Positions 20,717 through 31,276 of a DNA stretch of 64,000 nucleotides are shown one piece after another (position 1 is the stretch's first letter; each line of letters begins with the position of its first letter). Source of the DNA: Bdellovibrionales bacterium (lineage in GTDB: Bacteria; Bdellovibrionota; Bdellovibrionia; Bdellovibrionales; UBA1609); contig JBFWQY010000022.1 in the NCBI GenBank assembly GCA_050249195.1, positions 18,720-82,719 on the forward strand, given 5' to 3'. The translations under genes and the position numbers were made by a program. The notes beneath the pieces are model-generated. The model had not been told where the DNA came from and searched no databases. It saw only the letters and a program-made list of their open reading frames with translations.

Positions 20717-21610
20717 ATGTCTCGGTCGTGCAATACGGCTCTTCTTTTCTTATCCATTTTCATTCTGGCTCCAACGCTGAGTGCGACAAGCGCTGCCGCT
20801 CCGTCTCGTTCCGCCTCACCGTCCGTGATCTACGGTGATGACAACCGCTTGGATTACTATCAGGTCGGCGATTCTCTTTGGCGTGCGCACGCGGATTCGA
20901 CTGTCGCACTGATTTCCTCGTCCAAGGTGAATGTCAGAGGCGAGTGGGCGGAAATTCAAACTTCAGGTTATGGGTCCAGCATGGGCCTGTGCTCGAATGA
21001 GCCCTTTTTCGAACAGGAAACCGCCGCCTTCTGTTCGGGCTTCCTGGTGGCGCCGGATGTTGTCGTCACGGCCGGGCACTGCGTGCGTGAGGGAACGGGC
21101 TGCGCCGCCACCCGCTTTGTGTTCGGCTTTCGGCTTGAGGACGCGGGCGATAAACCGCGGCGGGTCTCAACTGATGCGATTTACTCCTGCGCCCATCTGA
21201 TCCACTCGGTGGCCGATTCCGATGGTGAAGACTTCGCGGTCGTACGGCTGGATAGGGCCGTGACCCAAGTGGCACCGCTGCCCCTGCGCCGGCAGGGCAA
21301 ACCGGGTGTTGGCGATGCGCTGACCGTGATTGGACATCCATCGGGTCTGCCGTTGAAAATCGCGCCGGGCGCCGAAGTTCGCCAGGTCAAGAGCGAGTTC
21401 CTGATTGCCAATCTCGACACCTACGGCGGCAATTCCGGTTCCGCCGTCTTCAATTCTCACACGGGAGAGGTTGAGGGAGTTCTTGTCCGGGGAGAAATGG
21501 ATTTCGTATACGAGAACGGCTGCCGACGCTCCAAGCGCTGCGCCGAGCAGGCCTGTCGCGGTGAAGACGTGACCCTTATTGAACGTGTGTGGCCTTATCT
21601 TTTGCGCTGA
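20717..21610 (+). CDS. Secreted trypsin-like serine protease
   Basis: Signal peptide, VIYGDDNR, CSGFL, TAGHC, DFAVV, DTYGGNSGS. Confidence 0.93.
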   Translation: MSRSCNTALLFLSIFILAPTLSATSAAAPSRSASPSVIYGDDNRLDYYQVGDSLWRAHADSTVALISSSKVNVRGEWAEIQTSGYGSSMGLCSNEPFFEQETAAFCSGFLVAPDVVVTAGHCVREGTGCAATRFVFGFRLEDAGDKPRRVSTDAIYSCAHLIHSVADSDGEDFAVVRLDRAVTQVAPLPLRRQGKPGVGDALTVIGHPSGLPLKIAPGAEVRQVKSEFLIANLDTYGGNSGSAVFNSHTGEVEGVLVRGEMDFVYENGCRRSKRCAEQACRGEDVTLIERVWPYLLR

Positions 21611-21670
21611 CTTCCACGTTGATCCTGCTCTTCCGGAAGCTCAAAAGCTCAGAACTTCCGGGGCAGCGAC

Positions 21671-23452
21671 TCAGGGACAATTCAAGAATTTGCCAGCTTC
21701 GCACCGCTTGCGAATGACCTCGGTTCCCAACGCGAAGACGCTGGGACCAAAACGCCCCTGAACATCTGCCGCAGGGCCAGTGCTGGCGGGACCGTATTCA
21801 CCGCCACCGCCCGTCCCGGACACGGACGCCGTGCCTCTCTCGCCATTCACACTGGCATAAGACAAGCTTACGCTCGAGGACGAGCCGGATGAACTCGCGC
21901 CACGTGAGGCGCCGGCGTTCAGGCCTTCGCGAGCGGCCCCTTCCGACGCTCCCGTCGCACGCGCCGCCAGACGCTTCGAGCCCGGGGATCCGGCCCCGGA
22001 AGCCGAGGTCGATGCGGACACCGAGGTAGACCCTGTACCATGACCTTCCGATTGGCTTTGCGGCAAAATCACGGCCGGGAGGGACCCGCCTTGGTTGGCC
22101 TCTTTTGGAACTTGCGCGCCACCGCCAGCCGCATAGGTGGGGTCAGAAAACGCGGGATCACCCGGGCAAGTTTCTTCGGCTTTCTCAATCTGGGCGGGCG
22201 AGTTCTGCGCCAAGCAGGCACTTGGATCATCCTCACAAACCAAGGATTTGTTTTTCTTTAGGCGTAAGCAGCTCGGGCACATTTCGTAGGTTTTCTTCAT
22301 TTTTGCGCTCGAGTCGTAGCAATAGCCCCAGCCAAATGCCAGCTGACAATAGTCCGTGCCAAGGCCCTCTCCAACGGCTCCCTCCGTCCCCGCCGTACTC
22401 GCCGTGGAGAGCCCGTCTCCTAAGTCGTCCTTAGTCGTATCCGTAGTGGTTGTGGATCCGGTTGAACCACAATAACGCGCTGTAAAGTTCGTGCATTTGG
22501 TGTCAGCACCATAGGTTTTGTCGTTAATCTTCTTTATGCAGGCGTCAACAAGGTGCTCGTTACAACCTTCGAGTTTGTATGCCTTGTTTTCCGAGTCCGT
22601 GCTGCAGTCGTACGATGCCCCACCACCAGTCGTCGATCCATCTGTGGACGTGGTGGTGTCCTTGTTCTCATCCTTATCATCGTCGTCTCCACCCATAAGT
22701 TTGCTGGCAAGAAGGGCCATACCCGCCCCGAGAGCGGCGCCGATCAGGCCCGCGGCCAGAGGACTCATTCCCTCTCCTTGACCCTGCCCCTGTCCCTGCG
22801 CTTTGTTTGCGACCTCGCCGGTTTTGTTCGCGACACTGGAATAATAGTCCTGCTGTCCCTTTAATTTGCTGTCAATGACCCAAGCCAAAAACGCGAGACA
22901 GTATTCCGTCTCTTTTTTTCGTTTCTCCTCAGGCTGGACATTCTTGCATTCTTCCTCGCACCGATCTTTTCTCTTTTTACATTCCGCCCGAGCGGCCTGA
23001 AGCTGGGCGACCGTCGTACCTAAGGCCTGCTCTTGCCCCGCCGCCCGCGATTGCAATCCGCCTTGATTGGCGGCCGCTAATCCGCCGCCTAATCCCTGAA
23101 GGGCTCCACGTTCATAGTGCTCGCACTCTTTGACCAGCTTCGAATAGCATCGGTCCTCCCCTTCCTGTCCCTGGGGCTGTCCGCCACCAGCAGGAGGAGG
23201 GAAACCTGGGGTGCCTGGCGGGACGCCGCCTGCCCCACCTGGTGCTCCGGGAGCGCCTCCAAGAGGCAGTGGAGCGCCACCAGCTCCAGCAGGCGGTGTT
23301 AAAGATGGACCGCCGCCTGGTCCGCCACCGCCAGCTTCAGGTGCTCCAGGATCGCCCGTTTGACCGCCAGCAAATGCCGGAAATCCCAAATGAGGTGAAA
23401 TTAGCACGGCCACAGCGATTCTCATGATGCGTTTTGATGGAATCAGACGCAT
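21671..23452 (-). CDS. Secreted Gly/Pro/Ser- and Cys-rich protein (paralog A)
   Basis: AAGGA RBS before ATG 23452; signal peptide; low-complexity linkers; Cys-rich domains; C-terminus VIRKRCEAGKFLNCP. Confidence 0.8.
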   Translation of the reverse strand: MRLIPSKRIMRIAVAVLISPHLGFPAFAGGQTGDPGAPEAGGGGPGGGPSLTPPAGAGGAPLPLGGAPGAPGGAGGVPPGTPGFPPPAGGGQPQGQEGEDRCYSKLVKECEHYERGALQGLGGGLAAANQGGLQSRAAGQEQALGTTVAQLQAARAECKKRKDRCEEECKNVQPEEKRKKETEYCLAFLAWVIDSKLKGQQDYYSSVANKTGEVANKAQGQGQGQGEGMSPLAAGLIGAALGAGMALLASKLMGGDDDDKDENKDTTTSTDGSTTGGGASYDCSTDSENKAYKLEGCNEHLVDACIKKINDKTYGADTKCTNFTARYCGSTGSTTTTDTTKDDLGDGLSTASTAGTEGAVGEGLGTDYCQLAFGWGYCYDSSAKMKKTYEMCPSCLRLKKNKSLVCEDDPSACLAQNSPAQIEKAEETCPGDPAFSDPTYAAGGGAQVPKEANQGGSLPAVILPQSQSEGHGTGSTSVSASTSASGAGSPGSKRLAARATGASEGAAREGLNAGASRGASSSGSSSSVSLSYASVNGERGTASVSGTGGGGEYGPASTGPAADVQGRFGPSVFALGTEVIRKRCEAGKFLNCP

Positions 23453-23650
23453 AAATATGTCCTTGCTCATAAAAAAGTATCGGCCCTGCGGACGCATGAC
23501 TTTAGTTGAGACATGTAATCTCGTGATCGCTGTAGGGTCCATTTGGCCTTTCTTTCTATTTCTTCTATTCTTTCTGCTTCGTTCCGTTTCGTTCTGTACT
23601 ATTCGCTCGTCCTTCCGCTGCCGCATCACATTTTGTTCAGTCGGTCTTGC

Positions 23651-23669
23651 CTGTCTCATTGTGAGACAG
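23651..23669. promoter_or_regulatory. Palindrome CTGTCTCA-TTG-TGAGACAG upstream of paralog A
   Basis: Perfect 8-bp arms, intergenic; the same core occurs at 25269 and, imperfectly, at 47673. Confidence 0.55.
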
Positions 23670-23671
23670 CT

Positions 23672-25159
23672 TCACTTACGCGGCCCACAATGCAGAAACT
23701 TACCTTGGGAACAACGAGCTTGAATGACAGCGCTGGAAATCGAAAACACATTGGGTCCAAACTGAGTTTCCACATCCGAAGGCGCGGCTTCCCCTGTACT
23801 GGAAATCGACCGTGTGTCTACCCCACTCATGCTTCCAGGGTGAAGGCCTGTTAGAGAACCATAGGACGAGGAGCTTCCGTTAGAGTAGGAGCCTTCGCTT
23901 CCGCTGCTTCCGCCACCGCCACCATCTACAGCAGCCGTGAGTCCCTCACGCAAATTTTTAAATTGAGATGTGGCCTCCTTCATTGCCTCTTTGTCGAGAG
24001 TGACCTCTCCGGATGCCGCCGTGCTTTGGCTCGTAGTTCCTCCACCCGCGCTCGCGCCAACGGAGGTGGGGGCGAAGCCAGCGTGGGCGCCCTTGGGCCA
24101 AGGGTCTTTCTTGGTACAGGCCTGAGCAATCGTGGGATCGGCAAACATCGGATCGTAGTCCGAGCACTCATTACACAACGCCTGCAATTCGCTGGCCTCA
24201 AGGTTTGAATTCTTGGTGTACAGGTGCGCACAACGACCACAGTTCTTCCGGCTTGGATTCTTGACGCAGAAATCACCCGCAAGATGCTGTCGGCAAAAGG
24301 CACTTCCCAATCCCGCGCCCGCTTTCACTGTGCTTGAGGCACCGCTCGCATCCGTGCTTAGGCTCGACGTGCCCGCCGCGGAACCCGCGGGACCGCAGTA
24401 GGTCTCGATATCACTGATACATTCTTGGCGACTTGAGGCCTGCGCGTTGGTGCAATTGAGTTCTTCCGCGAATCCCGCTTGCGGTTCGGCCGCCGGTTCT
24501 TTGGATTCTTTTGTTGGCTGCGCTTGAGTCGGGAGTGATGGAAACGGAGATTGTGAGGGCGGTGCAGGACTGGGCGGAGGTGACGAACGCGAATCTTCTG
24601 ATCCGCTTCCGCCTCCACCTTGCGGAGCCTGCCCGGGCGGCATACCTCCCGATTCCGACTGCTTTCCCGTGTTGTCGGACTTATTCTCAGCAGTTTGTGC
24701 GTCCAGGCCGCCCTTTTGAAGTTCTAAGATTGTTTTTCCGATCTCCTCGTTACAGCCTTTCTTTTCTTGTTCGAGCTCCTTGGCCTTGTTCTGATCTTTC
24801 GAAGGATCACAGGATTGATCGCACTGGTCGGATTTCCGCTCGCGGCAATAGGTAACGGCCTTTTCGTAAGCGGCCTTGCTCTTTTGTGAAACGTCGGCAA
24901 GTTCAAATGCGGGAACGCTGATCTTGTCACTAGCCGTATGTCTCACACCCACAGCCTGGGCCGCTGTATCAGACCCCACCTTCACCATCTCGGCGGCCTC
25001 CCGGCAACGGGTTTCGGCCATACAGCGCCGCTGTTTGCAAATCCCCAGTGCTCCGCCATCGCCGCCGCCGACGGCCTTACATTGAGGAGATTCCGCAGGC
25101 GCGGAGACGGCAAAACTGATAGCAAAGTGAACAAGTACCAGCGTGAACACCTGGACCAC
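23672..25159 (-). CDS. Secreted Cys/Gly/Ser-rich protein (paralog B)
   Basis: Signal peptide; shares YCG..GS, GxGLGxxxC, DPxFxDP, REGL and the C-terminal VIQARCSQGKFLHC with paralog A. Confidence 0.82.
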   Translation of the reverse strand: MVQVFTLVLVHFAISFAVSAPAESPQCKAVGGGDGGALGICKQRRCMAETRCREAAEMVKVGSDTAAQAVGVRHTASDKISVPAFELADVSQKSKAAYEKAVTYCRERKSDQCDQSCDPSKDQNKAKELEQEKKGCNEEIGKTILELQKGGLDAQTAENKSDNTGKQSESGGMPPGQAPQGGGGSGSEDSRSSPPPSPAPPSQSPFPSLPTQAQPTKESKEPAAEPQAGFAEELNCTNAQASSRQECISDIETYCGPAGSAAGTSSLSTDASGASSTVKAGAGLGSAFCRQHLAGDFCVKNPSRKNCGRCAHLYTKNSNLEASELQALCNECSDYDPMFADPTIAQACTKKDPWPKGAHAGFAPTSVGASAGGGTTSQSTAASGEVTLDKEAMKEATSQFKNLREGLTAAVDGGGGGSSGSEGSYSNGSSSSYGSLTGLHPGSMSGVDTRSISSTGEAAPSDVETQFGPNVFSISSAVIQARCSQGKFLHCGPRK

Positions 25160-25268
25160 GGCTTCCTCTCTAGAGTTAGAACACTCCTTACATTATGCAC
25201 GAAGGAGAGGAACGGCTACATCTCCTTTATATACATAGGCTCCCATTTAAAAATGAGTCACTCCCGGC

Positions 25269-25283
25269 GTCTCATGATGAGAC
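25269..25283. promoter_or_regulatory. Palindrome GTCTCA-TGA-TGAGAC upstream of paralog B
   Basis: Perfect 6-bp arms about 110 bp before the start codon. Confidence 0.55.
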
Positions 25284-25300
25284 ACGACCAAGGTGCCTCG

Positions 25301-26197
25301 TTAGGAACGCCAGCGGTTCGCCCATTCCGTTCCGAGCTAAACATCCGCCATGAGTCGATTGTGCACATCACAAAGACATCTTAGGTTGGAGAGCTCATGG
25401 CCTCCGCCGAGGGCGCGGGGCAGGACATGATCCACCTCGAGCTGGTGCGAACTCTGACATCTATGGCCGGTATAGGATCGTCTTTCTCCTTGACCTGAAC
25501 TTCTCGTTCCTTCACCCGGCCGGCCTCGCGTTCTTTCATCCGGGCCTCCCGTTCGGACGCCTTCTGCATCTGCCGCTCATGCTCCTCAAGAAAGCGCTTC
25601 ATAAGGCAATCGGCCACGTCGATGAACTTAGCATTGGGAAGGGTGTGTGAGAGGAGATCCCGTACCTTCTCGAAGCGCTCCCGCACTTCGTTGGAAAGCG
25701 TAGTGTTGAGGCGTGAGGTGTCTGCGCTGAGGGTGCGGATTCGCTCTTGACCCACATGAGAGGCGGCGGCGGGAAACAGAGCCAGCAGAGTTTGTTCAGC
25801 TCGAGTGGTGGATTGGGATTCGATCCTGAAGAGGGCCTCGGCTTTCTGCTCGGCTGTAAGTTTTTGGTCAGAAGCTTTCTCTTGCGCTGTGAATATGCGT
25901 TGAGCCTGGTTGAGGGTGCTTAAGTTCAGCTCTCCGGACTCGAGTTTTTCTTGGGCTTGCGGGACTTGGGTCAGGAGTCGTGCGGCTTGGATGCGGCGAT
26001 TGGCAGCACCTTCGGAGTATTTGTGGTGTTTGGTGAGATATTCGAACATGGAGCTGAATCCGCGCTTGGCAAAGATTTTTCGGTCCTCTGCCATTCGGAT
26101 GAGGAGCAGGATGTCTTTGGCGATGCGTACGCTCTTCGCGTACGGCTTGCTCAAGATGGGATTCCACTTCGTGATCGGTCATATGGGGTTGGAACAT
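25301..26197 (-). pseudogene. Decayed HNH endonuclease (EERR...SSMFEY...SEGAANRRIQAARLL family)
   Basis: GGAGG RBS then MFQPHMTDHEVESHLEQAVREER. One-base frameshift ~26128 into RIAKDILL...; second frameshift ~25471 into TGHRCQSSHQLEVDHVLPRALGGGHELSNLRCLCDVHN; in-frame TAG at 25337-25339. Confidence 0.85.
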
Positions 26198-26479
26198 GCT
26201 TTCTCTACCTCCGCTTGCTTTGCTTGCGTGTACATTAGCACGGGTTTTGGGAGGCGGATTGGACGTCGTATACGCCTCATTGAAGGGGTGTTTGGGTTCT
26301 GTGCACGAAGGATGGTGGAGTTGAAGGAAACGGTTCATTGTGGAGACATGAGGAGTGGCAAGAGCTCTGCTGTGGGATGTTTTGGAAGTCGTGCAAGATC
26401 GGGTGTTTTTGTGCTTTTACCATGTCAAATAAAAAATAGATATGTCGTCTTGCTTCAGGAGGAGAGACAAGTGGTGTGT

Positions 26480-26580
26480 GGGAGAGTGGAGTGGAGTGGA
26501 GTGGAGCGGATTTGGAAATGGAAGTGAAGCAGAGAAGAGTAGAGAAAAGAAAGCAAGGGAAGAAGAGAAGAGAAAAATGG
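26480..26580 (+). repeat. Purine-rich low-complexity tract beginning with (GAGTG)4
   Basis: gagtggagtggagtggagtggagcgg followed by an almost pure A/G run. Confidence 0.8.
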
Positions 26581-26974
26581 ATGCGCGTAGCTTTTCTCCG
26601 GAGCAGCCGATCGTGGTGGTGCGGGAATGTGGCCGTCCTTGCGCGGGCTGACTTCGGCGCGTCCGGCGCCGAAGTCCTTTGTGAGTGGGGCCGATTTTGA
26701 TTTGAAGGGGACGGGTTAGGAGGAGGTGGCAAGTGCGACCGGACGGGCCAGCAACTGATGTACCTTCGAAACTGAGGGACGTCGGAACACAAGTTGAGTA
26801 ACCTTCGTACCGGCTAAGCGGCGCGGCAGGACCGTAGGGAACCGTGACCGACAATGAACGGCACTCCTTGAAATTATTCCGTTCCTAGAAAAGAGGAAGA
26901 GCGTATGAGGGTTCGCTATCTCGTCTCCCATGCGGGATTGGTGTGGCCGGCGCTTTGCACTTGCATAAAAGGCC

Positions 26975-27379
26975 ATGCTTGTCCGTCTTCGAAGAAGATT
27001 CAGACATTTGGTCGTCAGTTTCGGCGTTGCCTCGGTTCTTTTTCCGCCGCCGTCGGCGGACGCTCGATTTTGGCACTCTTGTATTGAAGGGCTAACCGCC
27101 TCGATGGCAGGAGAGAAGTCGTCTGAGCATTCAAGCCTCAGCTCCTACGATGAGATTCATCCCCTAGTGCGAGCCTGGCTGGATTCTCGCCAGAGGGAGT
27201 TGCGCAAACTCTTGCCGCGGAAAGTGGGTGAGGAGATGCGCGTGGCCGGAAGTCTTTACCGGATTGTGGCGCTGCTTGGCGTGGGAGCGGAAAGCTACGT
27301 TTATCTCGTCAACGATGGGCGTGGGTTTAAGGTAGCCAAGGAGTTTAAGATCCTGGTTAAACTTGTTCCCATGATTTAG
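26975..27379 (+). pseudogene. Truncated exported protein-kinase-like remnant
   Basis: Signal-like N-terminus, then YRIVALLGVGAESYVYLV..KVAKEF (Gly-loop plus catalytic-Lys region), then a stop with no catalytic loop. Confidence 0.5.
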
Positions 27380-27418
27380 TCTTTGACTGGCGTTCCACAC
27401 CAGTTAATCTTTCGGCCC

Positions 27419-28723
27419 ATGCTTTACCGGCTCACCTCTCTTCTCGGTATCTTCGTTCTCATCGGGCTTGCCTGGTTGCTCTCGGAAAACCGGCGCCGCT
27501 TTCCCGCGCGGCTGGTGGCCTGGGGTGTGGCGCTTCAGATTCTGTTCTGCGTTCTCGTTCTGGGGATCCCGGCGTTGGGATTCTCCGGTCCCCTCTTTTT
27601 TCTTTTTGAGGCCGCGAACAACGCAATCAATGCGACCATTGCGTTCACTCTCGAGGGCAGCCGCTTTGTCTTCGGCAATCTCTTGGATAAAGACAGCTTC
27701 GGTTTTATTTTCGCGGTGCAGGTGCTCCCCACGATCATCTTTATCAGTTCCCTCATGTCCGTTCTTTACCATCTTGGAATTATGCAAAAAATCACTCATG
27801 CCTTCGCGCTCGTCATGCAACGGACGATGAAAACTTCAGGCGCGGAAACTCTGGCCGCAGCGGCCAACATTTTTGTTGGCCAAACGGAGGCGCCTTTGGT
27901 GATCAAGCCGTTTTTGGCGGCCATGACCCGTTCCGAACTGCTTTGCGTGATGGTGGGCGGGATGGCCAATACAGCGGGCGGCGTCTTGGCCGCGTATGTG
28001 ATTTTATTGCGCGACCGTATACCCGAGATCGGAGGACATCTATTGACAGCCAGTATTCTCAGCGCACCTGCGGCTTTACTCTTCTCCAAAATCCTTGTGC
28101 CTGAAACCGCTCGCCCTCAAACTTACGGCACCATCCCCCAGGAGTCCAAACACAGCCCTCATGCCAATCTCATTGATGCTGCGGCTCAGGGTGCCGGTGA
28201 GGGCCTAACTCTGGCATTGAATGTCGCGGCTATGCTGCTGGCCTTCATTGCGCTCATCGCGGCCGCCAATTCCGTTTTTGCACTGATTGGTGACGCGATT
28301 GGGTTTGCCAGCTGGGGTCAAGCTCTGATCCCGGAAGACCTGCGCACCGGAGGCCCCGTCAAGCTCTCCTTTCAGCTGATTTTAGGTTGGCTGTTCGCTC
28401 CGGTGGCTTGGATCATCGGCGTCCCTTACGATGAAATCGCGCTCGCCGGCGGATTGCTTGGGGAAAAGACGATATTAAACGAATTCGTGGCCTACAGCCA
28501 TTTGTCCGATCTCTCGGCACGGGTGAGCGACCGCACTTTTATTTTGATGAGCTATGCGCTAAGTGGATTTGCGAACTTTGCCTCTATTGCCATACAAATT
28601 GGCGGCATTTCCCCACTGGCGCCCACGCGTCGCGCTGATCTCGCGCGCTTGGGTTTAAGGGCGTTGATCGGCGGGACGCTCGCCTCGATGCTGACCGGCG
28701 CCGTTGTTGGACTTTTTATCTAG
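27419..28723 (+). CDS. NupC/CNT-family nucleoside transporter
   Basis: FVFG, VLPTIIF, NIFVGQTEAP, GEKTILNEFVAY, GFANFASIAIQIGG. Confidence 0.95.
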   Translation: MLYRLTSLLGIFVLIGLAWLLSENRRRFPARLVAWGVALQILFCVLVLGIPALGFSGPLFFLFEAANNAINATIAFTLEGSRFVFGNLLDKDSFGFIFAVQVLPTIIFISSLMSVLYHLGIMQKITHAFALVMQRTMKTSGAETLAAAANIFVGQTEAPLVIKPFLAAMTRSELLCVMVGGMANTAGGVLAAYVILLRDRIPEIGGHLLTASILSAPAALLFSKILVPETARPQTYGTIPQESKHSPHANLIDAAAQGAGEGLTLALNVAAMLLAFIALIAAANSVFALIGDAIGFASWGQALIPEDLRTGGPVKLSFQLILGWLFAPVAWIIGVPYDEIALAGGLLGEKTILNEFVAYSHLSDLSARVSDRTFILMSYALSGFANFASIAIQIGGISPLAPTRRADLARLGLRALIGGTLASMLTGAVVGLFI

Positions 28724-28792
28724 TCATTTATCTGAGACATAAGTCATTTTTATATACCTTGACTCTGAGCGCGCCCGCTTCAAATTGCTCCT

Positions 28793-31180
28793 ATGAATAC
28801 CAAAAGCATTCTCCCAATTGGTCCCTTTCCCGTAATTCCGATGCGGAACATGGTACTTTACCCGGGGCAAACCATGCCCGTCGTGGTGGGCCGTCCGCGT
28901 AGCCGCATGGCGCTGGAAGCCGCTTTAAAATCGGGCTCGGAATGGGTTGTACTCGTCACGCAAAAACATGATGTCACGGATCATGAACCGACGGCTGAAG
29001 AACTCTTCCGCATTGGCGTTGTCACTCGGATTGATCGCCACGAAGGCGCCGCGGAGCGCGGGTATCAGCTCGTCATGACGGGAATCAATCGATTTTCCAT
29101 CAGCCGGTTTGAGGACGTGAATGGTTACTATCAAGCCCACGGTGAAAACCTGGAAGACGTCCGTGACGTCGACGGAGAGACATTACGTGCCCTTGTGGAG
29201 AATCTCAAACGCCTTGGCAAAGAAATTTTTGAACTGCTGCCTGGACAGAATGACCGCTTAGCAGGCCTGCTCGCAGCCATTGAAGATCCCGTGTTCCTGA
29301 CCCACCTCGTGGCGCAGCACATGGAGATGAAGCTGGCGCGTAAGCAAGAGCTGTTGGAAATGACCTCCCTTAAGAACCGTCTCCTGGCACTCTTGGAGCA
29401 AATGGTTCAGTTCCGCGAGGAATTGAAACTGCAAAAAGAAGTGAACGAGAAACTCTCCACTCGCTTGGGCAAACAGCACCGCGACGCGATCTTGCGCGAG
29501 CAAATCCGAACTCTTCAAGAAGAGCTTGGCGACAAAGAGCGAAGTGGCGGAGACGACTACCAGACCAAGATCCGCGATGCGAAAATGCCCGAGGACGTGG
29601 AGAAGATCGCGCTGGAGCAGTTGCAGCGTCTCGAGACGATGGGTCAGCAGTCTCCGGAATATCACGTGATCCGCAATTATCTTGATTTGCTCGTGGCCCT
29701 CCCCTGGAGCCAGTCCGCGGATGTTGTGGTCGATCTTGAGGAGGCCCGCAGGGTCCTTGAAGAGGATCACTATGGCTTGGAGAAGATTAAAAAGCGCATC
29801 TTGCAACATCTGGCCGTTCTGAAACTTAAGGAGAAGAAAGGCAGTATTTTGCTCTTTGTGGGGCCGCCGGGAGTGGGAAAGACGAGCTTGGGCCGCAGCA
29901 TCGCGCGCGCGATGAGCCGCAAGTTTGTCCGCGTGAGCTTGGGAGGAGTGCGTGATGATGCCGAAATTCGGGGCCATCGGCGCACTTACGTGGGAGCGCT
30001 CCCCGGTCGCATTATCGATGGGATCAAGCGGGCGGGTGAGAACAATCCCGTGTTTATGCTCGATGAAATCGACAAAATGACCCGAGGTTGGGGGGGTGAT
30101 CCGACCGCGACAATGTTGGAGGTGCTTGATCCGGAACAGAATAACGCGTTTGTGGATCACTACCTGGACGTGCCCTTTGATCTCTCAAAAGTTTTCTTTA
30201 TCGCGACAGCCAATAGCACCGACACCATACCAGCGCCCCTGTTGGACCGGATGGAGGTGATCACGCTTTCCGGCTATACGACAGCTGAAAAGCTCCATAT
30301 TTCCCGCACGCATCTGGTACCGAAGCAACTCGAGGAGCACGGGGTAAAGCCCGGACAGCTTGAGATCTCCGAGGCCGCCCAGCTCAGGATGATCTCCAAT
30401 TACACACGCGAATCCGGCGTGCGTGAACTTCAACGCCTGATTGGGGGCGTGGTGCGCGCCAGCACGGAAGAAATTCTGAAAAATCAGGGGATGGTGCATG
30501 TGGATCTCCCCGATCTTGAAGACCTCATTGGTCCGGATCGCTTCCTGGATGAAATTGTTGGCAGGAGCAATCCTCCGGGTGTGGTCACGGGCTTGGCATG
30601 GACCCCGATGGGGGGCGAAATCCTGTTCCTGGAATCCAGCCATATGCCGGGTACGGGGAAACTCATCCTAACGGGAAAACTGGGTGAGGTGATGAAGGAG
30701 AGCGCTCAGATTGCGCTGACCTTAGTCCGCTCACGTTTAGCCGGAGCCGCACAGTCGTTTGCCCATGATCGCGAGGACATCCACCTGCACGTACCGGCGG
30801 GAGCGATTCCAAAGGATGGTCCCTCCGCCGGCGTGGCCATGCTTTCCGCGCTCGCGAGTCTGCTTCTTAACCGACCTGTGAGCTCAAAGCTGGCGATGAC
30901 GGGTGAGATCACGCTTCGTGGGGCCGTCACGCCGGTGGGAGGGATCAAAGAAAAGGTTATCGCCGCTCATCGGGCTGGCATCGAAAAGGTGCTGTTACCT
31001 AAACGTAACGAGCGCGACCTTAAAGAGGTTCCGGAAGAGGTCCGCAAAGCTCTCGCCTTCGTCTTTGCCGAAACTGTGGAAGAGGCTTTGCACCATGTGC
31101 TGGATATCGAGCCAAAGTTCTGGTCTGCGAGTAGTCCGACTCCGAATTCCGCCGGGACGGCTTCCACGTCAATGGCGTGA
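28793..31180 (+). CDS. lon: ATP-dependent Lon protease
   Basis: Lon N-domain, [23 protein letters not shown] (catalytic Ser), GGIKEK. Confidence 0.97.
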   Translation: MNTKSILPIGPFPVIPMRNMVLYPGQTMPVVVGRPRSRMALEAALKSGSEWVVLVTQKHDVTDHEPTAEELFRIGVVTRIDRHEGAAERGYQLVMTGINRFSISRFEDVNGYYQAHGENLEDVRDVDGETLRALVENLKRLGKEIFELLPGQNDRLAGLLAAIEDPVFLTHLVAQHMEMKLARKQELLEMTSLKNRLLALLEQMVQFREELKLQKEVNEKLSTRLGKQHRDAILREQIRTLQEELGDKERSGGDDYQTKIRDAKMPEDVEKIALEQLQRLETMGQQSPEYHVIRNYLDLLVALPWSQSADVVVDLEEARRVLEEDHYGLEKIKKRILQHLAVLKLKEKKGSILLFVGPPGVGKTSLGRSIARAMSRKFVRVSLGGVRDDAEIRGHRRTYVGALPGRIIDGIKRAGENNPVFMLDEIDKMTRGWGGDPTATMLEVLDPEQNNAFVDHYLDVPFDLSKVFFIATANSTDTIPAPLLDRMEVITLSGYTTAEKLHISRTHLVPKQLEEHGVKPGQLEISEAAQLRMISNYTRESGVRELQRLIGGVVRASTEEILKNQGMVHVDLPDLEDLIGPDRFLDEIVGRSNPPGVVTGLAWTPMGGEILFLESSHMPGTGKLILTGKLGEVMKESAQIALTLVRSRLAGAAQSFAHDREDIHLHVPAGAIPKDGPSAGVAMLSALASLLLNRPVSSKLAMTGEITLRGAVTPVGGIKEKVIAAHRAGIEKVLLPKRNERDLKEVPEEVRKALAFVFAETVEEALHHVLDIEPKFWSASSPTPNSAGTASTSMA

Positions 31181-31276
31181 CAGGGTCGTGACAGGGACGA
31201 CATGACAGGCCCTGGACACGCCGGGATATGCTGCAAAGCCATTCAAAATGGACAAGACGCGGGTCCGCGTAGGTCC

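Noticed and set aside
23453-23659. Upstream extension of paralog A
   Set aside because: It runs through a low-complexity tract and the palindrome; the signal peptide and RBS point to a start at 23452.
26944-26959. TGGCCGGCGCTTTGCA sigma-54-like spacing
   Set aside because: Weak -24 match, and it precedes only a gene remnant.
26200-26970. Several 60-200 aa ORFs and a possible ncRNA in the large intergenic gap
   Set aside because: The ORFs are products of low-complexity sequence with no motifs; no tRNA, riboswitch or other RNA family was recognisable by eye. An Rfam scan would be needed.
28733-28738. TGAGAC upstream of lon
   Set aside because: Half-site only, with no matching left arm.
29258-30160. 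Long antisense ORFs (also 12864-13619, 34989-35678, 48405-49136, 57830-58621)
   Set aside because: Shadow frames of well-supported genes in GC-rich DNA.
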